Source: Pelagibacteraceae bacterium (GTDB lineage: Bacteria > Pseudomonadota > Alphaproteobacteria > Pelagibacterales > Pelagibacteraceae). From it: a stretch of 64,000 nt of DNA. The notes under the pieces are model-generated. The model was given only the letters and a program-made list of their open reading frames with translations. It made no database searches and was not told the DNA's origin. Shown here one piece after another: positions 39,676 through 50,202 of this stretch. Numbering within the stretch: the first letter of the stretch is position 1; each line of letters starts with the position of its first letter. The translations under genes were made by a program, and so were the position numbers. The stretch covers positions 8,012 through 72,011 of the forward strand of contig VTPM01000001.1 of the NCBI GenBank assembly GCA_008638125.1, written 5' to 3'.

Positions 39676-40731
39676 ATGAGTAAATATTTATTTATACTTT
39701 CTATAATAGTCTTTCTATTTAAAACTGAAACAGTTTTTTCAGCAGAAACAATTTATGATGTTAACAACATTCAAGTTTCAGGTAAGTTAAATAGCAATTT
39801 AGATAATAATAAACTTATTGAAGAAGCCTTTAGAAAAGCATTTTTAATATTTATTAATAAAACACTTCTAGAAAAAGACATAGAAACTTTATCTAAAACT
39901 AATATTCAAATAATTAAAGATTTTATATTTACCCATCAAATTACAAGTCAAAAAAAAAGTATCGATGAAGAAATTATACTTACTGTTAATGTAAAATTTG
40001 ATCCAAAAAAAATTAATAATTATTTATCAATTAATAATATTTCTTACGCAGACATTTCAGAAATTTCAATTTCAATTCTACCAATTTTGAGAAAAGAAAA
40101 TAATTTATTTATTTTTTCTGATAATTTTTTTTATAATGAATGGAACAAAACTGAAAATGACAAAAAAAACACAGAAGCACAATTAATAAATTATAATCTT
40201 GCATTAGAAAATGCAGAGGATTTATTTTATATAAATAATAATAGAGAAAATTTAGAATTGATTGATATTAATAAGTTAAATTCTTTAAGTGAAGAAAAAA
40301 ATAAAATTTTTTTAATTTTTACTTTAAATGAAGATGCCAAAGTTTTTATAAAAGCTTATTTTAATGAAAAAGAGGTGATTAAGAATATTACTTTAAACAA
40401 TAATAGTACTGATGATTATAATTCTTTGATTATGAATGTTAAGGATCTAATTAATCAAATTTGGAAGGAGCAAAATCTAATAGATATTAATACCCCTGCT
40501 TACCTTGATATCATTTTTGATATAAAAAAAATAAATGATTTTCTAAAATTTAGGACTTTTCTAGACACCATAGATATAATTGATAATTATTCTATTTTGG
40601 AGATAACAAACAAATATGCAAAAATAAGAATGAAATATAAAGGTAAAATTTCAAATTTAAGAGAAAAATTTTTAAATGAAAAAATCAATATAAACATTGA
40701 GAATAATGAATGGAGTTTAAGTTTTAATTGA
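39676..40731 (+). CDS. Exported hypothetical protein (DUF2066-like by position)
   Basis: Signal peptide. Sits between purM and hda, where alphaproteobacteria usually carry DUF2066; the family call is mainly syntenic. Confidence 0.5.
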   Translation: MSKYLFILSIIVFLFKTETVFSAETIYDVNNIQVSGKLNSNLDNNKLIEEAFRKAFLIFINKTLLEKDIETLSKTNIQIIKDFIFTHQITSQKKSIDEEIILTVNVKFDPKKINNYLSINNISYADISEISISILPILRKENNLFIFSDNFFYNEWNKTENDKKNTEAQLINYNLALENAEDLFYINNNRENLELIDINKLNSLSEEKNKIFLIFTLNEDAKVFIKAYFNEKEVIKNITLNNNSTDDYNSLIMNVKDLINQIWKEQNLIDINTPAYLDIIFDIKKINDFLKFRTFLDTIDIIDNYSILEITNKYAKIRMKYKGKISNLREKFLNEKININIENNEWSLSFN

Positions 40732-41384
40732 TGAGTCAATTGATTTTTAATTTCCCATTTACCACTAACTATTTCGAAGAGGATTTTTTCGTATCTTCCA
40801 GTAATTTTGAAGCTTATAAATTAATAGAAACTTGGCCGAAGTGGCCTAGCAGGAATATCAATATATATGGACCATCTGGTTGTGGGAAAAGTCATCTTGC
40901 AAACATTCTTAAAAAAAAAATAAATTCTTTTTTTATTAATGCTTCAGATATTTCAAATAATTCTTTGGCATTGATAAAATTAAAAGAATGCCTAATCATA
41001 GATAACTATGAAAATAATATTGAAGAAAATTTGCTATACACTATCATCAATCAAACACATCAATCTAATCAGTACGTTATAATTAACTCAGACCAACCAA
41101 TAAGTTCTTTAGAGATAAAATTGGAAGACTTAAAATCAAGATTAAATAGCTTTTCCAAAATAACTATAGATTTACCTACTGATGATCTAATTAAGGTGGT
41201 TTTAACCAAAAATTTTTCTGATAAACAAATTCAAATTGACAATAAATTGATAGATTTTATTTTAAAACATATAAATAGGTCTTATGAAGACATTTTTAAC
41301 TTTATAAAAAAAATTGATGAATTATCTTTATCTACTGGAAAATCTATAAATATTAATCTAATTAAAAAAGTATTAAAGCAATGA
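40731..41384 (+). CDS. hda: DnaA regulatory inactivator Hda/HdaA
   Basis: N-terminal clamp-binding [30 protein letters not shown]. Confidence 0.88.
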   Translation: MSQLIFNFPFTTNYFEEDFFVSSSNFEAYKLIETWPKWPSRNINIYGPSGCGKSHLANILKKKINSFFINASDISNNSLALIKLKECLIIDNYENNIEENLLYTIINQTHQSNQYVIINSDQPISSLEIKLEDLKSRLNSFSKITIDLPTDDLIKVVLTKNFSDKQIQIDNKLIDFILKHINRSYEDIFNFIKKIDELSLSTGKSININLIKKVLKQ

Positions 41385-43171
41385 ATAAATATAGAACGCA
41401 TAACTGTAATGATTTAACTGAATCAGATAATCAAAAAAAAGTAACTTTATCTGGTTGGCTTCACCGTAAAAGAGATCATGGCAATCTTTTATTCATAGAT
41501 TTAAGAGATCATTTTGGTATTACTCAATGTGTAATAGAAAATAAAAACAAGTGTTTTAAGCTTATTGAAAATTTAAAACCTGAGTCGGTTATTCAAGTCA
41601 TAGGTACTGTTGTTAAAAGAGAGACAGGAACTGAAAATAAAGATTTAAAAACTGGAAACATCGAAGTTAGTATAGAAGATATAATCGTACTGTCTCAAGC
41701 TAAAGAATTACCAATGCCAGTTTTTGGTGAGCAAGATTATCCAGAGGATATTAGACTAAAGTACAGATTTCTTGATTTAAGAAGAAATCAAATGCATAAA
41801 AATATTATACTTAGATCGAAAGTGATTTCATTCATTAGAAATGAAATGAGCAAATTGGGATTTCTAGAATTTCAAACACCTATTTTGACTTCTTCGAGCC
41901 CAGAAGGTGCCAGGGATTTTTTAGTGCCTAGTAGATTAAATCCTGGAAAATTTTATGCATTACCTCAAGCTCCACAGCAATTTAAACAATTAATAATGGT
42001 ATCTGGTTTTGACAAATATTTTCAAATTGCACCTTGTTTTAGAGACGAAGATGCTAGAGCAGACCGTAGTCCAGGAGAATTTTATCAATTGGATATCGAG
42101 ATGTCTTTTGTTGAACAAGAAGATGTTTTTTCTGTAGTTGAAAAACTTATGATAAATGTGTTCAAGACTTTCTCAACAAAAAAACTGCTTTATGAAAAAT
42201 TTCCACGTATCACTTACAATGATGCTATGCTCAAATATGGCACAGACAAACCAGACTTGAGAAACCCTTTAGAGATATATGATTTAACAGATATTTTTTC
42301 TAGAGAAGATGTCTCATTTGAAATTTTTAAAAAATTAGTCAAAGCAGGTTCAAAAGTTCGTTGCATTGTTACTAAGCAAACAAAAGATAAACCGAGAAGT
42401 TTTTTTGATGGAATTGATAAATGGGCAAAAGAGCAGGGTGCATCAGGTTTAGCTTATTTTACTTTTGAGCGTGATAAAGAAATAACAGGTAAAGGCCCCG
42501 TTGGTAAATTTTTTAAAGAAGAAGCTTTAAAAGAGATTATGAAAATTACTTCTGCAGAAGTAGGAGACAGTATATTTTTTACTTGTGGGAAAATTAACGA
42601 AGTTCAAAAAATATCTGCTTTAGCAAGAGAAAAAATAGGAAAAGAATTAAACCTTATTGATGAAAATCTCTTTGCTTTTTGCTGGATCGTTGATTACCCA
42701 ATGTTTGAATTTAATGAATTGACAAAAAAAATTGAATTTAGTCATAATCCTTTTTCTATGCCGCAAGGTGATATCAACAATATTAATTTTGAAAAACCTC
42801 TAGAAATAAAAGCATTTCAGTATGATATTGTGTGTAATGGAATAGAACTTTCATCTGGAGCAATAAGAAATCATATTCCAGAACTTATGTATAAATTATT
42901 CTCCATTGCAGGATACGAAAAAAAACAAGTAGATGATAAATTTAGTGGAATGATAAACGCTCTTAGTTATGGAGCTCCACCACATGGTGGTATTGCACCA
43001 GGTATAGACAGAATCGTTATGTTGTTAGCTGGAGAGATTAATATAAGAGAGATCACTTTATTTCCATTAAATCAAAATGCTCAAGATTTGATGATGGGGG
43101 CACCTTCAGAAGTTGATGAAAAGCAATTAAAAGAATTAAGTATAAAGATAGATAAAAAAATTAATTCTTAG
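41381..43171 (+). CDS. aspS: Aspartate--tRNA ligase (probably non-discriminating Asp/Asn type)
   Basis: YRTH.C, RDHG (His typical of ND-AspRS), [37 protein letters not shown]. Confidence 0.98.
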   Translation: MNKYRTHNCNDLTESDNQKKVTLSGWLHRKRDHGNLLFIDLRDHFGITQCVIENKNKCFKLIENLKPESVIQVIGTVVKRETGTENKDLKTGNIEVSIEDIIVLSQAKELPMPVFGEQDYPEDIRLKYRFLDLRRNQMHKNIILRSKVISFIRNEMSKLGFLEFQTPILTSSSPEGARDFLVPSRLNPGKFYALPQAPQQFKQLIMVSGFDKYFQIAPCFRDEDARADRSPGEFYQLDIEMSFVEQEDVFSVVEKLMINVFKTFSTKKLLYEKFPRITYNDAMLKYGTDKPDLRNPLEIYDLTDIFSREDVSFEIFKKLVKAGSKVRCIVTKQTKDKPRSFFDGIDKWAKEQGASGLAYFTFERDKEITGKGPVGKFFKEEALKEIMKITSAEVGDSIFFTCGKINEVQKISALAREKIGKELNLIDENLFAFCWIVDYPMFEFNELTKKIEFSHNPFSMPQGDINNINFEKPLEIKAFQYDIVCNGIELSSGAIRNHIPELMYKLFSIAGYEKKQVDDKFSGMINALSYGAPPHGGIAPGIDRIVMLLAGEINIREITLFPLNQNAQDLMMGAPSEVDEKQLKELSIKIDKKINS

Positions 43172-43988
43172 ATTTTAAATTTATTCGAATATCACTAAGA
43201 TCGACCAGTTTGTCTTCATAGTTACTTCTCACAAATCCTTTAGAAGTTATATTTTTTACTATTTTTAGGAATTTATCCTCACTTGAAGATGTGTCAATTT
43301 CTTTTGTGCTTGCTATAGAAGGGGTGTGTGCCATTTCCTCTTTTCCTAAATAAGAAATTGCAAGTTCTCTAAATACATAATCTAAAATTGAAGTAGCACT
43401 TAAAATTCTATCATTACCATTCACTTTTCCAGAAGGTTCAAATTTTGTATCAACGAACGCATCAACATACTCTTCTAGTGGCACCCCATATTGTAGTCCT
43501 AAAGAAATTGCTATTGCAAAATTATTCATTAAAGCTTTTACAAGCTCTCCTTCTTTATTTGTATCTATAAAAATTTCACCAATTTTTCCATCATCATATT
43601 CTCCAGTATGTAGGTAAATTTTATGTTCCCCAATAGACGCTTTTTGGATATATCCTTTTCTTCTGTCTGGCATTCTAAATCTAGCACTTGAGGTATTTTT
43701 GACTTTAGTATGCTCTTCTTTTAATTGAGTGAATTGCTTATTTTTTCCAATAATTTCTTTATCAACCAGCTCATTCAAAGGATCAAATTTTTTAGAAGTT
43801 TTATTATTAGAAGTAGATTTATCTCCAAATTTCTTAGTTTTTCGATTATTTAATCTGACATCTATGACTTCAACTTCACCATCATTTCTGCTGTCGATTT
43901 TATTTAATTCTACTTCGTTTAGCTCATCAAGCGAATGAACTGTTTTAAATGTGCAAGTATAATATGTTTCAACTATATATTTTTTCAT
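43161..43988 (-). CDS. Stand-alone NrdJ (class II RNR) C-terminal/TSCPD-like domain protein
   Basis: [31 protein letters not shown]...[53 protein letters not shown] resembles the alphaproteobacterial NrdJ C-terminus. No catalytic barrel is present. Confidence 0.85.
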   Translation of the reverse strand: MKKYIVETYYTCTFKTVHSLDELNEVELNKIDSRNDGEVEVIDVRLNNRKTKKFGDKSTSNNKTSKKFDPLNELVDKEIIGKNKQFTQLKEEHTKVKNTSSARFRMPDRRKGYIQKASIGEHKIYLHTGEYDDGKIGEIFIDTNKEGELVKALMNNFAIAISLGLQYGVPLEEYVDAFVDTKFEPSGKVNGNDRILSATSILDYVFRELAISYLGKEEMAHTPSIASTKEIDTSSSEDKFLKIVKNITSKGFVRSNYEDKLVDLSDIRINLKSKN

Positions 43989-44054
43989 TTTCTATGTATG
44001 GAATCAATATTTGAAGATATATAGCAAATATAGTAAGTGTCTAGAAATTAATAT

Positions 44055-44069
44055 ACACTCAATGAGTGT
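44055..44069. promoter_or_regulatory. Palindrome, candidate operator
   Basis: ACACTCA-a-TGAGTGT is a perfect 7-1-7 inverted repeat in a divergent intergenic region. Confidence 0.45.
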
Positions 44070-44081
44070 GTGGATTTTCGT

Positions 44082-44444
44082 ATGATCAACTTTAAACAAA
44101 TTTTTACTTGGTGGCATAAACAAACTTTTGGAACTTTTTTAAAAACTTTATTTTTTGGAAAATTTGTAGGCCAGGATTCTTATGGAAATAAATATTATGA
44201 AAGTAAGAATAATCAAAGATGGGTTATATATAAAGATAATATTGAGGCATCAAAAATAACCTCTGAATGGTTTTTGTGGATGCACCATACTGTGATAGAC
44301 CCACCAAAATCAAAAGTTTATGACCCATTATATGAATGGCAAAAACCTCATCTTGAAAATCAAACTGGCACTAATAATGCTTATAAGCCAAATAAAATCT
44401 CTAAAAATAGCATAAAAAAAAAATATGAAACTTGGAAAGTTTAA
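44082..44444 (+). CDS. NADH:ubiquinone oxidoreductase subunit NDUFA12 (B17.2) family
   Basis: FTWW...TFGT, G.FVGQD.YGNKYY, RWVIY, EASKI..EW..WMHH, WQKPH.EN.TGT..AY.P. ATG at 44082 preferred. Confidence 0.93.
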   Translation: MINFKQIFTWWHKQTFGTFLKTLFFGKFVGQDSYGNKYYESKNNQRWVIYKDNIEASKITSEWFLWMHHTVIDPPKSKVYDPLYEWQKPHLENQTGTNNAYKPNKISKNSIKKKYETWKV

Positions 44445-44940
44445 AACAAGCATTCTAGTATTTATATATTTATTTTTTACATCTTTTAGCTTTGGAGAAG
44501 AAAAAATTGTTACTGTTCCTCTAATAAATTTAGAAAACCTTGAACCAAGCTTTGAGGAAGAAAATTCTGAAGACAGTGCTGTGTTAAAGAATGAAAATTT
44601 TGTTTTAAAAGAAAAAGTAGAAAAAGTAGATAAAAATAAAGAAATAAAAATAAATATTGTAGCCTTAGATAAGATTACAGCCAAAACATCAAATTTTGAT
44701 TTACGTATTGGAGAGACAAAGAAATTTGGATTGCTAGAAATTAAAGCCTTACAGTGTGGAAACGTAGATTCACAAACAGAACCTGGCCAAGCTGCTTATA
44801 TTCAAGTAAAAGATTTATCAGATAATCAGAGCAATCAAGTTTTTGTTTTTAATGGTTGGACTTTTTCATCAAGCAAAACCATTAGACCTTTAGATCATCC
44901 AGTATATGATTTTTGGTTGGTGAATTGTGAAAATGTTTAA
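44425..44940 (+). CDS. DUF2155 family exported protein
   Basis: ALDKITAKT, FG.L.I....C, VFNGWTFSSS.....LDHPVYDFWL..C. Confidence 0.88.
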   Translation: MKLGKFKTSILVFIYLFFTSFSFGEEKIVTVPLINLENLEPSFEEENSEDSAVLKNENFVLKEKVEKVDKNKEIKINIVALDKITAKTSNFDLRIGETKKFGLLEIKALQCGNVDSQTEPGQAAYIQVKDLSDNQSNQVFVFNGWTFSSSKTIRPLDHPVYDFWLVNCENV

Positions 44941-46274
44941 ATAATTTTTTCTTTAGATAACCAATTAGTATCAAAGTTTGAATTGATGAATTTTTCGTGA
45001 TTAATTAATTTCTTGTGTAATTCCACTGTGGTATCTATTCCCTCAATCACGAACTCATTCAAACATCTATTCATTCTTTGTATTGCTTCTTGTCTATTTC
45101 TTCCATGGCAAATAAGTTTGGCAATCAAACTGTCATAGTAAGGAGTTATTTTACATCCTTGAAATATTGCACCATCAACCCTTGTTCTAAAACCTGATGG
45201 TAAATGGCAAACTGAGATTGTTCCTGGGCTTGGTTGAAAATCTTTAGATGGATTTTCTGCATTAATTCTGCACTCAATAGCATGACCTCTTGGGCTTATA
45301 TCGCTTTGCTCTAAAGCTGTATTTCCAGTAAAAGCTATCCATAATTGTTCTTTGATAATATCTATACCTGTTACTACCTCCGTTACCGGATGTTCAACTT
45401 GAACTCTGGTATTCATCTCTAAGAAATAAAACTTTCCATCTTCATAAATGTATTCAATTGTGCCTGCGCCTTCATAGCCAAGCTTTTCAACCATATTAAC
45501 AGTACTTTTAAGCAGTTTATCTCTTATCTCATCACTCAATACTGGGCTTGGTGTCTCTTCAATTAACTTTTGATGTCTTCTTTGAACAGAACAATCTCTT
45601 TCTTGCAAGTGAACAGTTCTATTTTTTCCAGATAAAATTTGTACTTCAATATGTCTCGGGTGTTTAAAATATTTTTCAATGTATAATTCATCGTTACCAA
45701 AATATTTTTTTGCTTCGGATTTTGCTGTCAAAAAAAGATTTTCTAGTTCAGACTCTTTTTCAACAATTTTCATTCCTTTTCCACCACCACCACCAGCTGC
45801 TTTGATTAAAACTGGAAAACCTATTTTTGCACAAATATTCTTCGCTTCATCAAAGGATTTAACACCACCCTCAGACCCTTCAATAATAGGTAATCCATAT
45901 TTTTTTGCTATTTTTTTTGCTTCAATCTTGTCTCCCATTTGTCTTATTAATTCAGCACTTGGCCCTATGAATTTAATTCCATGTTTTTGAACTACTTCTG
46001 CAAATTTTGCATTTTCAGATAAAAATCCATAACCAGGATGAATTGCTTCTGCACCTGTAAGATCTACAGCAGACATAATTGCACCAATGTTTAAATAACT
46101 ATTTTGAGGTTGATGAGAACCAATGCATACGCTTTCATCGGCTAATCTTACATGCATCGAATCTGCATCTACATCAGAGTGAACTGCTACTGTAGAAATT
46201 CCCCATTCTTTACAAGCTCTTATCACCCTAACAGCAATTTCACCTCTGTTAGCGATTAAGACTTTTTTAAACAT
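44937..46274 (-). CDS. accC: Acetyl-CoA carboxylase biotin carboxylase subunit
   Basis: KVLIANRGEIAVRVIRAC, IHPGYGFLSEN, GGGGKGM, ERDCSVQRRHQK, EMNTRVQVEHPVTE. Confidence 0.98.
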   Translation of the reverse strand: MFKKVLIANRGEIAVRVIRACKEWGISTVAVHSDVDADSMHVRLADESVCIGSHQPQNSYLNIGAIMSAVDLTGAEAIHPGYGFLSENAKFAEVVQKHGIKFIGPSAELIRQMGDKIEAKKIAKKYGLPIIEGSEGGVKSFDEAKNICAKIGFPVLIKAAGGGGGKGMKIVEKESELENLFLTAKSEAKKYFGNDELYIEKYFKHPRHIEVQILSGKNRTVHLQERDCSVQRRHQKLIEETPSPVLSDEIRDKLLKSTVNMVEKLGYEGAGTIEYIYEDGKFYFLEMNTRVQVEHPVTEVVTGIDIIKEQLWIAFTGNTALEQSDISPRGHAIECRINAENPSKDFQPSPGTISVCHLPSGFRTRVDGAIFQGCKITPYYDSLIAKLICHGRNRQEAIQRMNRCLNEFVIEGIDTTVELHKKLINHEKFINSNFDTNWLSKEKII

Positions 46275-46278
46275 TGAT

Positions 46279-46701
46279 TTATTTTAAGACTATTAAAGTC
46301 TGACCGAACTCCACTGGTTGACCATCTTTAACTAAAATACTTTTTACTATTCCTTCACTTGTGGAAGGCACATGATTCATTGTTTTCATTGCTTCAACGA
46401 TCATAATTGTTTGACCTTTTTTTATTTTATCTCCAATTTGAACAAATTGTTTTGCTCCAGGTTCTGGTGCTAAATATGCCGTTCCAATAATTGGCGATTT
46501 AATTCTAATACCTTCTTCTGACTCATTTAAGACTGCTTTGTTATTAGAAATTACGTTATCGGATATTTTGGTAGCTACAGATGTTTTAGAAGCTTTAGAA
46601 ACCTTTATTTTTGTTTCACCGCTTTGATATTCTAACTCAGTTAATTTGAATTCATCTAAATTATCAACTAATTCTTTAATAAGTTTTTTATCTATTTTCA
46701 T
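46279..46701 (-). CDS. accB: Biotin carboxyl carrier protein
   Basis: KSPIIGTAY.AP.PG, EAMKTMN biotinylation motif, VEFGQ.L. Confidence 0.97.
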   Translation of the reverse strand: MKIDKKLIKELVDNLDEFKLTELEYQSGETKIKVSKASKTSVATKISDNVISNNKAVLNESEEGIRIKSPIIGTAYLAPEPGAKQFVQIGDKIKKGQTIMIVEAMKTMNHVPSTSEGIVKSILVKDGQPVEFGQTLIVLK

Positions 46702-47137
46702 CTTTAATAATTTCTTTTAAACCTTGTAATGCAAGAATATAGCCTTGAGGACCAAATCCACAGATAATACTTCGAGCAATATTGCTTATTAGCGATTTAT
46801 GCCTGAAATCTTCTCTGTTGTAAATATTAGTAATATGCAATTCAACAATCGGTATAGTTAATACTGCCAAAGCATCTCTAATAGCTACAGATGTATGCGT
46901 GTATCCACCAGCATTAATAACTACTCCATGAAATTTTTTTCGTGATTGTTGAATAAAATCTACAATCTTACCCTCAATATTAGATTGCTTAAAAGTAACT
47001 AAAATATCTTTTTTTCCACCAAATTCTTTACATTTTTTTTCTATTTGTTTTAACGTTACATTTCCATATTTATCTTTCTCTCTTTCTCCCAAAAGATTAA
47101 GGTTTGGACCGTTAATGACAATAATTTTGTGCTTCAT
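46688..47137 (-). CDS. aroQ: Type II 3-dehydroquinate dehydratase
   Basis: INGPNLNLLG.RE...YG, QSNIEG, INAGGYTHTSVAIRDA, ELHITNIY.REDFRH. Real start is ATG at 47137 (MKHKII). Confidence 0.97.
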   Translation of the reverse strand: MKHKIIVINGPNLNLLGEREKDKYGNVTLKQIEKKCKEFGGKKDILVTFKQSNIEGKIVDFIQQSRKKFHGVVINAGGYTHTSVAIRDALAVLTIPIVELHITNIYNREDFRHKSLISNIARSIICGFGPQGYILALQGLKEIIKDENR

Positions 47138-47171
47138 TTTTTTAATAGTGAGTGTATTAGATATATTAAAT

Positions 47172-47375
47172 ATGGCAAAAATACAATTAAATGGCAAACA
47201 ATTTGTATTAAACAAGAAACATTCTTTAATAAGCTTATTAAAAAAATTCAAAATTAATGAAAAAAAAGTTGCGGTTGAATTAAATGGTAAAATTGTAAAT
47301 AAAAATAAATTTAGTTCTACTGTAATTAAAAACAAGGATAAACTCGAAGTGGTTCATTTTATTGGCGGTGGTTAA
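47172..47375 (+). CDS. thiS: Sulfur carrier protein ThiS
   Basis: [26 protein letters not shown]-terminus. Start is ATG at 47172. Confidence 0.95.
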   Translation: MAKIQLNGKQFVLNKKHSLISLLKKFKINEKKVAVELNGKIVNKNKFSSTVIKNKDKLEVVHFIGGG

Positions 47376-47377
47376 CT

Positions 47378-48151
47378 ATGAAAAAAGATAATTTTAAAAT
47401 TGCTGGCCAACTTTTAAAATCAAGGTTGATTGTCGGGACAGGAAAATACAAAAATTTTAAAGAAACTGCTTTAGCAATTAAAGCATCTGGAGCAGATATG
47501 GTAACTGTAGCAGTTAGAAGAGTAAACATTTTAGATAAAAAAAAACCAATATTAACTGATTATTTAAATCCAAAAAAAATTAAATATCTTCCAAACACAG
47601 CTGGCTGTTACGACGCAGAAGAGTCACTTAGAACATTGAGGTTAGCTAGAGAAATGGGTGGATGGAAAATGGTCAAACTAGAAGTATTAGGTGATAAAAA
47701 AACGCTTTATCCAAATATGATTGAAACTTTGAAGGCCACTAAAATTCTTGTTAAAGAAGGTTTCAAAGTATTAGCATATTGTTCTGATGACCCAATTTTG
47801 ACAAAAAAATTAGAGGATCTAGGTGCTTCTGCTATTATGCCATTAGCTTCTCCAATAGGATCTGGTCAAGGAATAGTAAATAAAATTAATTTATCGATTA
47901 TAATCAAGAATTCTAAAGTACCTGTTATCGTTGATGCTGGTATTGGCACTCCTTCAGATGCAACAATTGCAATGGAAATGGGTTGTCAAGCGGTTTTGGT
48001 TAATAGTGCTATTGCATTATCTCACAAGCCAATTTTAATGGCTGAAGCTTTTAAATATGCAGTTATATCTGGTAGAAAAGCTTTTTTAGCAGGAAGAATG
48101 CAAAAAAAACTCTATGCTAAAGCAAGCACTCCTTCAAAAGGTTTAATTTAA
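47378..48151 (+). CDS. thiG: Thiazole synthase
   Basis: [50 protein letters not shown]. Confidence 0.98.
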   Translation: MKKDNFKIAGQLLKSRLIVGTGKYKNFKETALAIKASGADMVTVAVRRVNILDKKKPILTDYLNPKKIKYLPNTAGCYDAEESLRTLRLAREMGGWKMVKLEVLGDKKTLYPNMIETLKATKILVKEGFKVLAYCSDDPILTKKLEDLGASAIMPLASPIGSGQGIVNKINLSIIIKNSKVPVIVDAGIGTPSDATIAMEMGCQAVLVNSAIALSHKPILMAEAFKYAVISGRKAFLAGRMQKKLYAKASTPSKGLI

Positions 48152-50049
48152 GCAGCTTTTTTCTTTCGTCGAATCCACAAAGTTCTAGGGCTTTTTTTAT
48201 TTTTTTTTATCTTTTCTTTTTTTGCTTCTAATTTTTTTGTTTTATTTTCTAGATCTCTGTTTTCATTTTTAATATTTTTTGTTTTCTTTTCATTTTCATA
48301 ATTTAATAATCCATCAATTTTATTAATATTTTCTACTTTGTTTATGAGTTTTTCATTTTTATCCATTAAACTAATACTATACTCAGGTATAATTAATTGA
48401 GGGTCAGCAAAAAAATTAATTTTAATTTTGAATTTACCTTCAAAATAATCAATTTCTTTTTTTAAGATCTTATCTATATAAAGTTTAACTTTTTCTGGAA
48501 TTTGTACATTTAAAATACTTATTTTATCAGTAAATGATAGCATTTCTGTTTTTTTAACAATTTTTAATGCAAATGACTCTAATGATAAATTTGTTTCCCA
48601 TTTAATCGAACCTTCTCTAAGTCTTTGTCTTGTCATTTCTAAAAGACCAAAACTACTTATTTTTCCAACTTGAATTCTTGCCCTATCTTTTCTTATGACT
48701 TCTCTCATTTTTTTTTCAACTTGCCTTCTATTGTAAAAATTCATCATATCTATGAAGTCAATAACAATTAGCCCTGACAAATCTCGAATTTTAATTTGTT
48801 TTGCTATTTCTTCAGCGGCTTCTAAATTTGTATTTAATGCGGTCTTCTCAATGTTTGATGCTTTGATTGATTGACCAGAATTGATGTCGATTGCTACTAA
48901 GGCCTCAGTTGGGTTTATAACTAAATACCCACCTGATTTTAATTTTACAACTGGATCAAAAATATTATTTAATTCTTTTTCAATGCCAACCTCGTGAAAT
49001 AAAGGAATTTTACCTTTATGTTTTTTTAGGTATTTTGCTTTTTTAGGAATTAATTCTTTAATAAAAGATTTAGCTTTTTTATAACCCTCTGTACCATCTA
49101 TATAAATATTTAACGTATCATTATCATAGATATCTCTTAAAGCTCTTTTAATGATATCTCCTTCTTCATAAATTAAAGAAGGAGCATTAGAATCTAATGC
49201 TTTATTTTTTATTTGATCCCAAGTTTTAAGTGTGTTTTGAAAGTCTTTTTCAATTTCATTTTTAGTTTTATTTGCGCCAGCTGTTCTAACTATAACACCC
49301 ATACTTTTTGGAATTTCAATTTCATTTAAGATGCTTCTAATTTTAGATCTATCAGCTGAATTAAATATTTTTCTAGAAATCCCACCACCTTTTGCGGTGT
49401 TGGGCATTAAAACCATATACTTTCCCGCTAGAGAAATAAAAGTTGTTAGAGCAGCTCCTTTATTTCCGCGTTCTTCTTTAGTAACTTGCACTAAAATTAC
49501 CTGACCAGGTTTTATTACTTCTTGAATTTTATATCTCTTTACACCGTAAGAGTTTTTTAACTTTTCTCTGATATTTGAAGGTTGTTGTTTTTCATTTTGA
49601 TCTATTTGAGGCTCATTAGTTTCACTTTGATTTTTTTCTAAGTCTGAATTTGTATTTTCTTCTTCTGAACTGTCATTTGTATCAATTTCAATAGAATCAT
49701 TTTTATTTAATTCTGAGTCTGAATTAAGTTCTTCTAAGTTTTTATTTTTTAGATCTTCTCTAATTTTTTCTTCTGCTTCTTTTAGTTTTTCTTTATCCTC
49801 AGTTGGTATTTGGTAATAGTCTGATTGAATATCGTTAAAAGCTAAAAAACCATGCTTAACTCTGCCAAAGTTAATAAATGCAGCCTGTAATGATGGCTCA
49901 ACCCTACTTACAGTGCCTAGATAGATGTTATTTTTGAAATTTAATTTATTTCTATCTTCGTATTCGTATTCTTCAACGCCGTTATCTGATTTAAGAACAA
50001 CTCTAGTTTCGTCTGGATGAGACGAGTCAATGTATAAATTTTTTTCCAT
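48148..50049 (-). CDS. rne: Ribonuclease E (compact Rne/Rng family)
   Basis: [70 protein letters not shown]; acidic insert in the S1 domain. Confidence 0.95.
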   Translation of the reverse strand: MEKNLYIDSSHPDETRVVLKSDNGVEEYEYEDRNKLNFKNNIYLGTVSRVEPSLQAAFINFGRVKHGFLAFNDIQSDYYQIPTEDKEKLKEAEEKIREDLKNKNLEELNSDSELNKNDSIEIDTNDSSEEENTNSDLEKNQSETNEPQIDQNEKQQPSNIREKLKNSYGVKRYKIQEVIKPGQVILVQVTKEERGNKGAALTTFISLAGKYMVLMPNTAKGGGISRKIFNSADRSKIRSILNEIEIPKSMGVIVRTAGANKTKNEIEKDFQNTLKTWDQIKNKALDSNAPSLIYEEGDIIKRALRDIYDNDTLNIYIDGTEGYKKAKSFIKELIPKKAKYLKKHKGKIPLFHEVGIEKELNNIFDPVVKLKSGGYLVINPTEALVAIDINSGQSIKASNIEKTALNTNLEAAEEIAKQIKIRDLSGLIVIDFIDMMNFYNRRQVEKKMREVIRKDRARIQVGKISSFGLLEMTRQRLREGSIKWETNLSLESFALKIVKKTEMLSFTDKISILNVQIPEKVKLYIDKILKKEIDYFEGKFKIKINFFADPQLIIPEYSISLMDKNEKLINKVENINKIDGLLNYENEKKTKNIKNENRDLENKTKKLEAKKEKIKKNKKSPRTLWIRRKKKAA

Positions 50050-50202
50050 TTTAAATGAATTCCTTTGGTAATTATAATTAATGAATTTTGTTTGAAATTT
50101 TTCATAGTTAATTTATACAAAATTTTTTTAACATTTACACGAAATATCAACCAACAGACTCGCCTTAAGATAGCCAAAATTAAAGCTTTATGTCTATTTA
50201 GT

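Noticed and set aside
43989-44040. Possible NrdR boxes upstream of the NrdJ-domain gene (AGATATATAG, GCAAATATAG)
   Set aside because: Each has two mismatches to the core, the spacing is not about 31 bp, and such matches are common in AT-rich DNA.
45781-45795. (CCA)5 microsatellite
   Set aside because: It encodes the conserved glycine-rich GGGGKG loop of biotin carboxylase.
47138-47335. Long N-terminal extension of AroQ, and the 47115 start for ThiS
   Set aside because: The extensions overlap the divergent partner gene; family homology starts at 47137 (aroQ) and 47172 (thiS).
50065-50202. N-terminal extension of PBP1A and the antisense ORF 49941-50210
   Set aside because: The region is better explained as the rne/mrcA promoter spacer; ATG at 50203 directly precedes the TM anchor.
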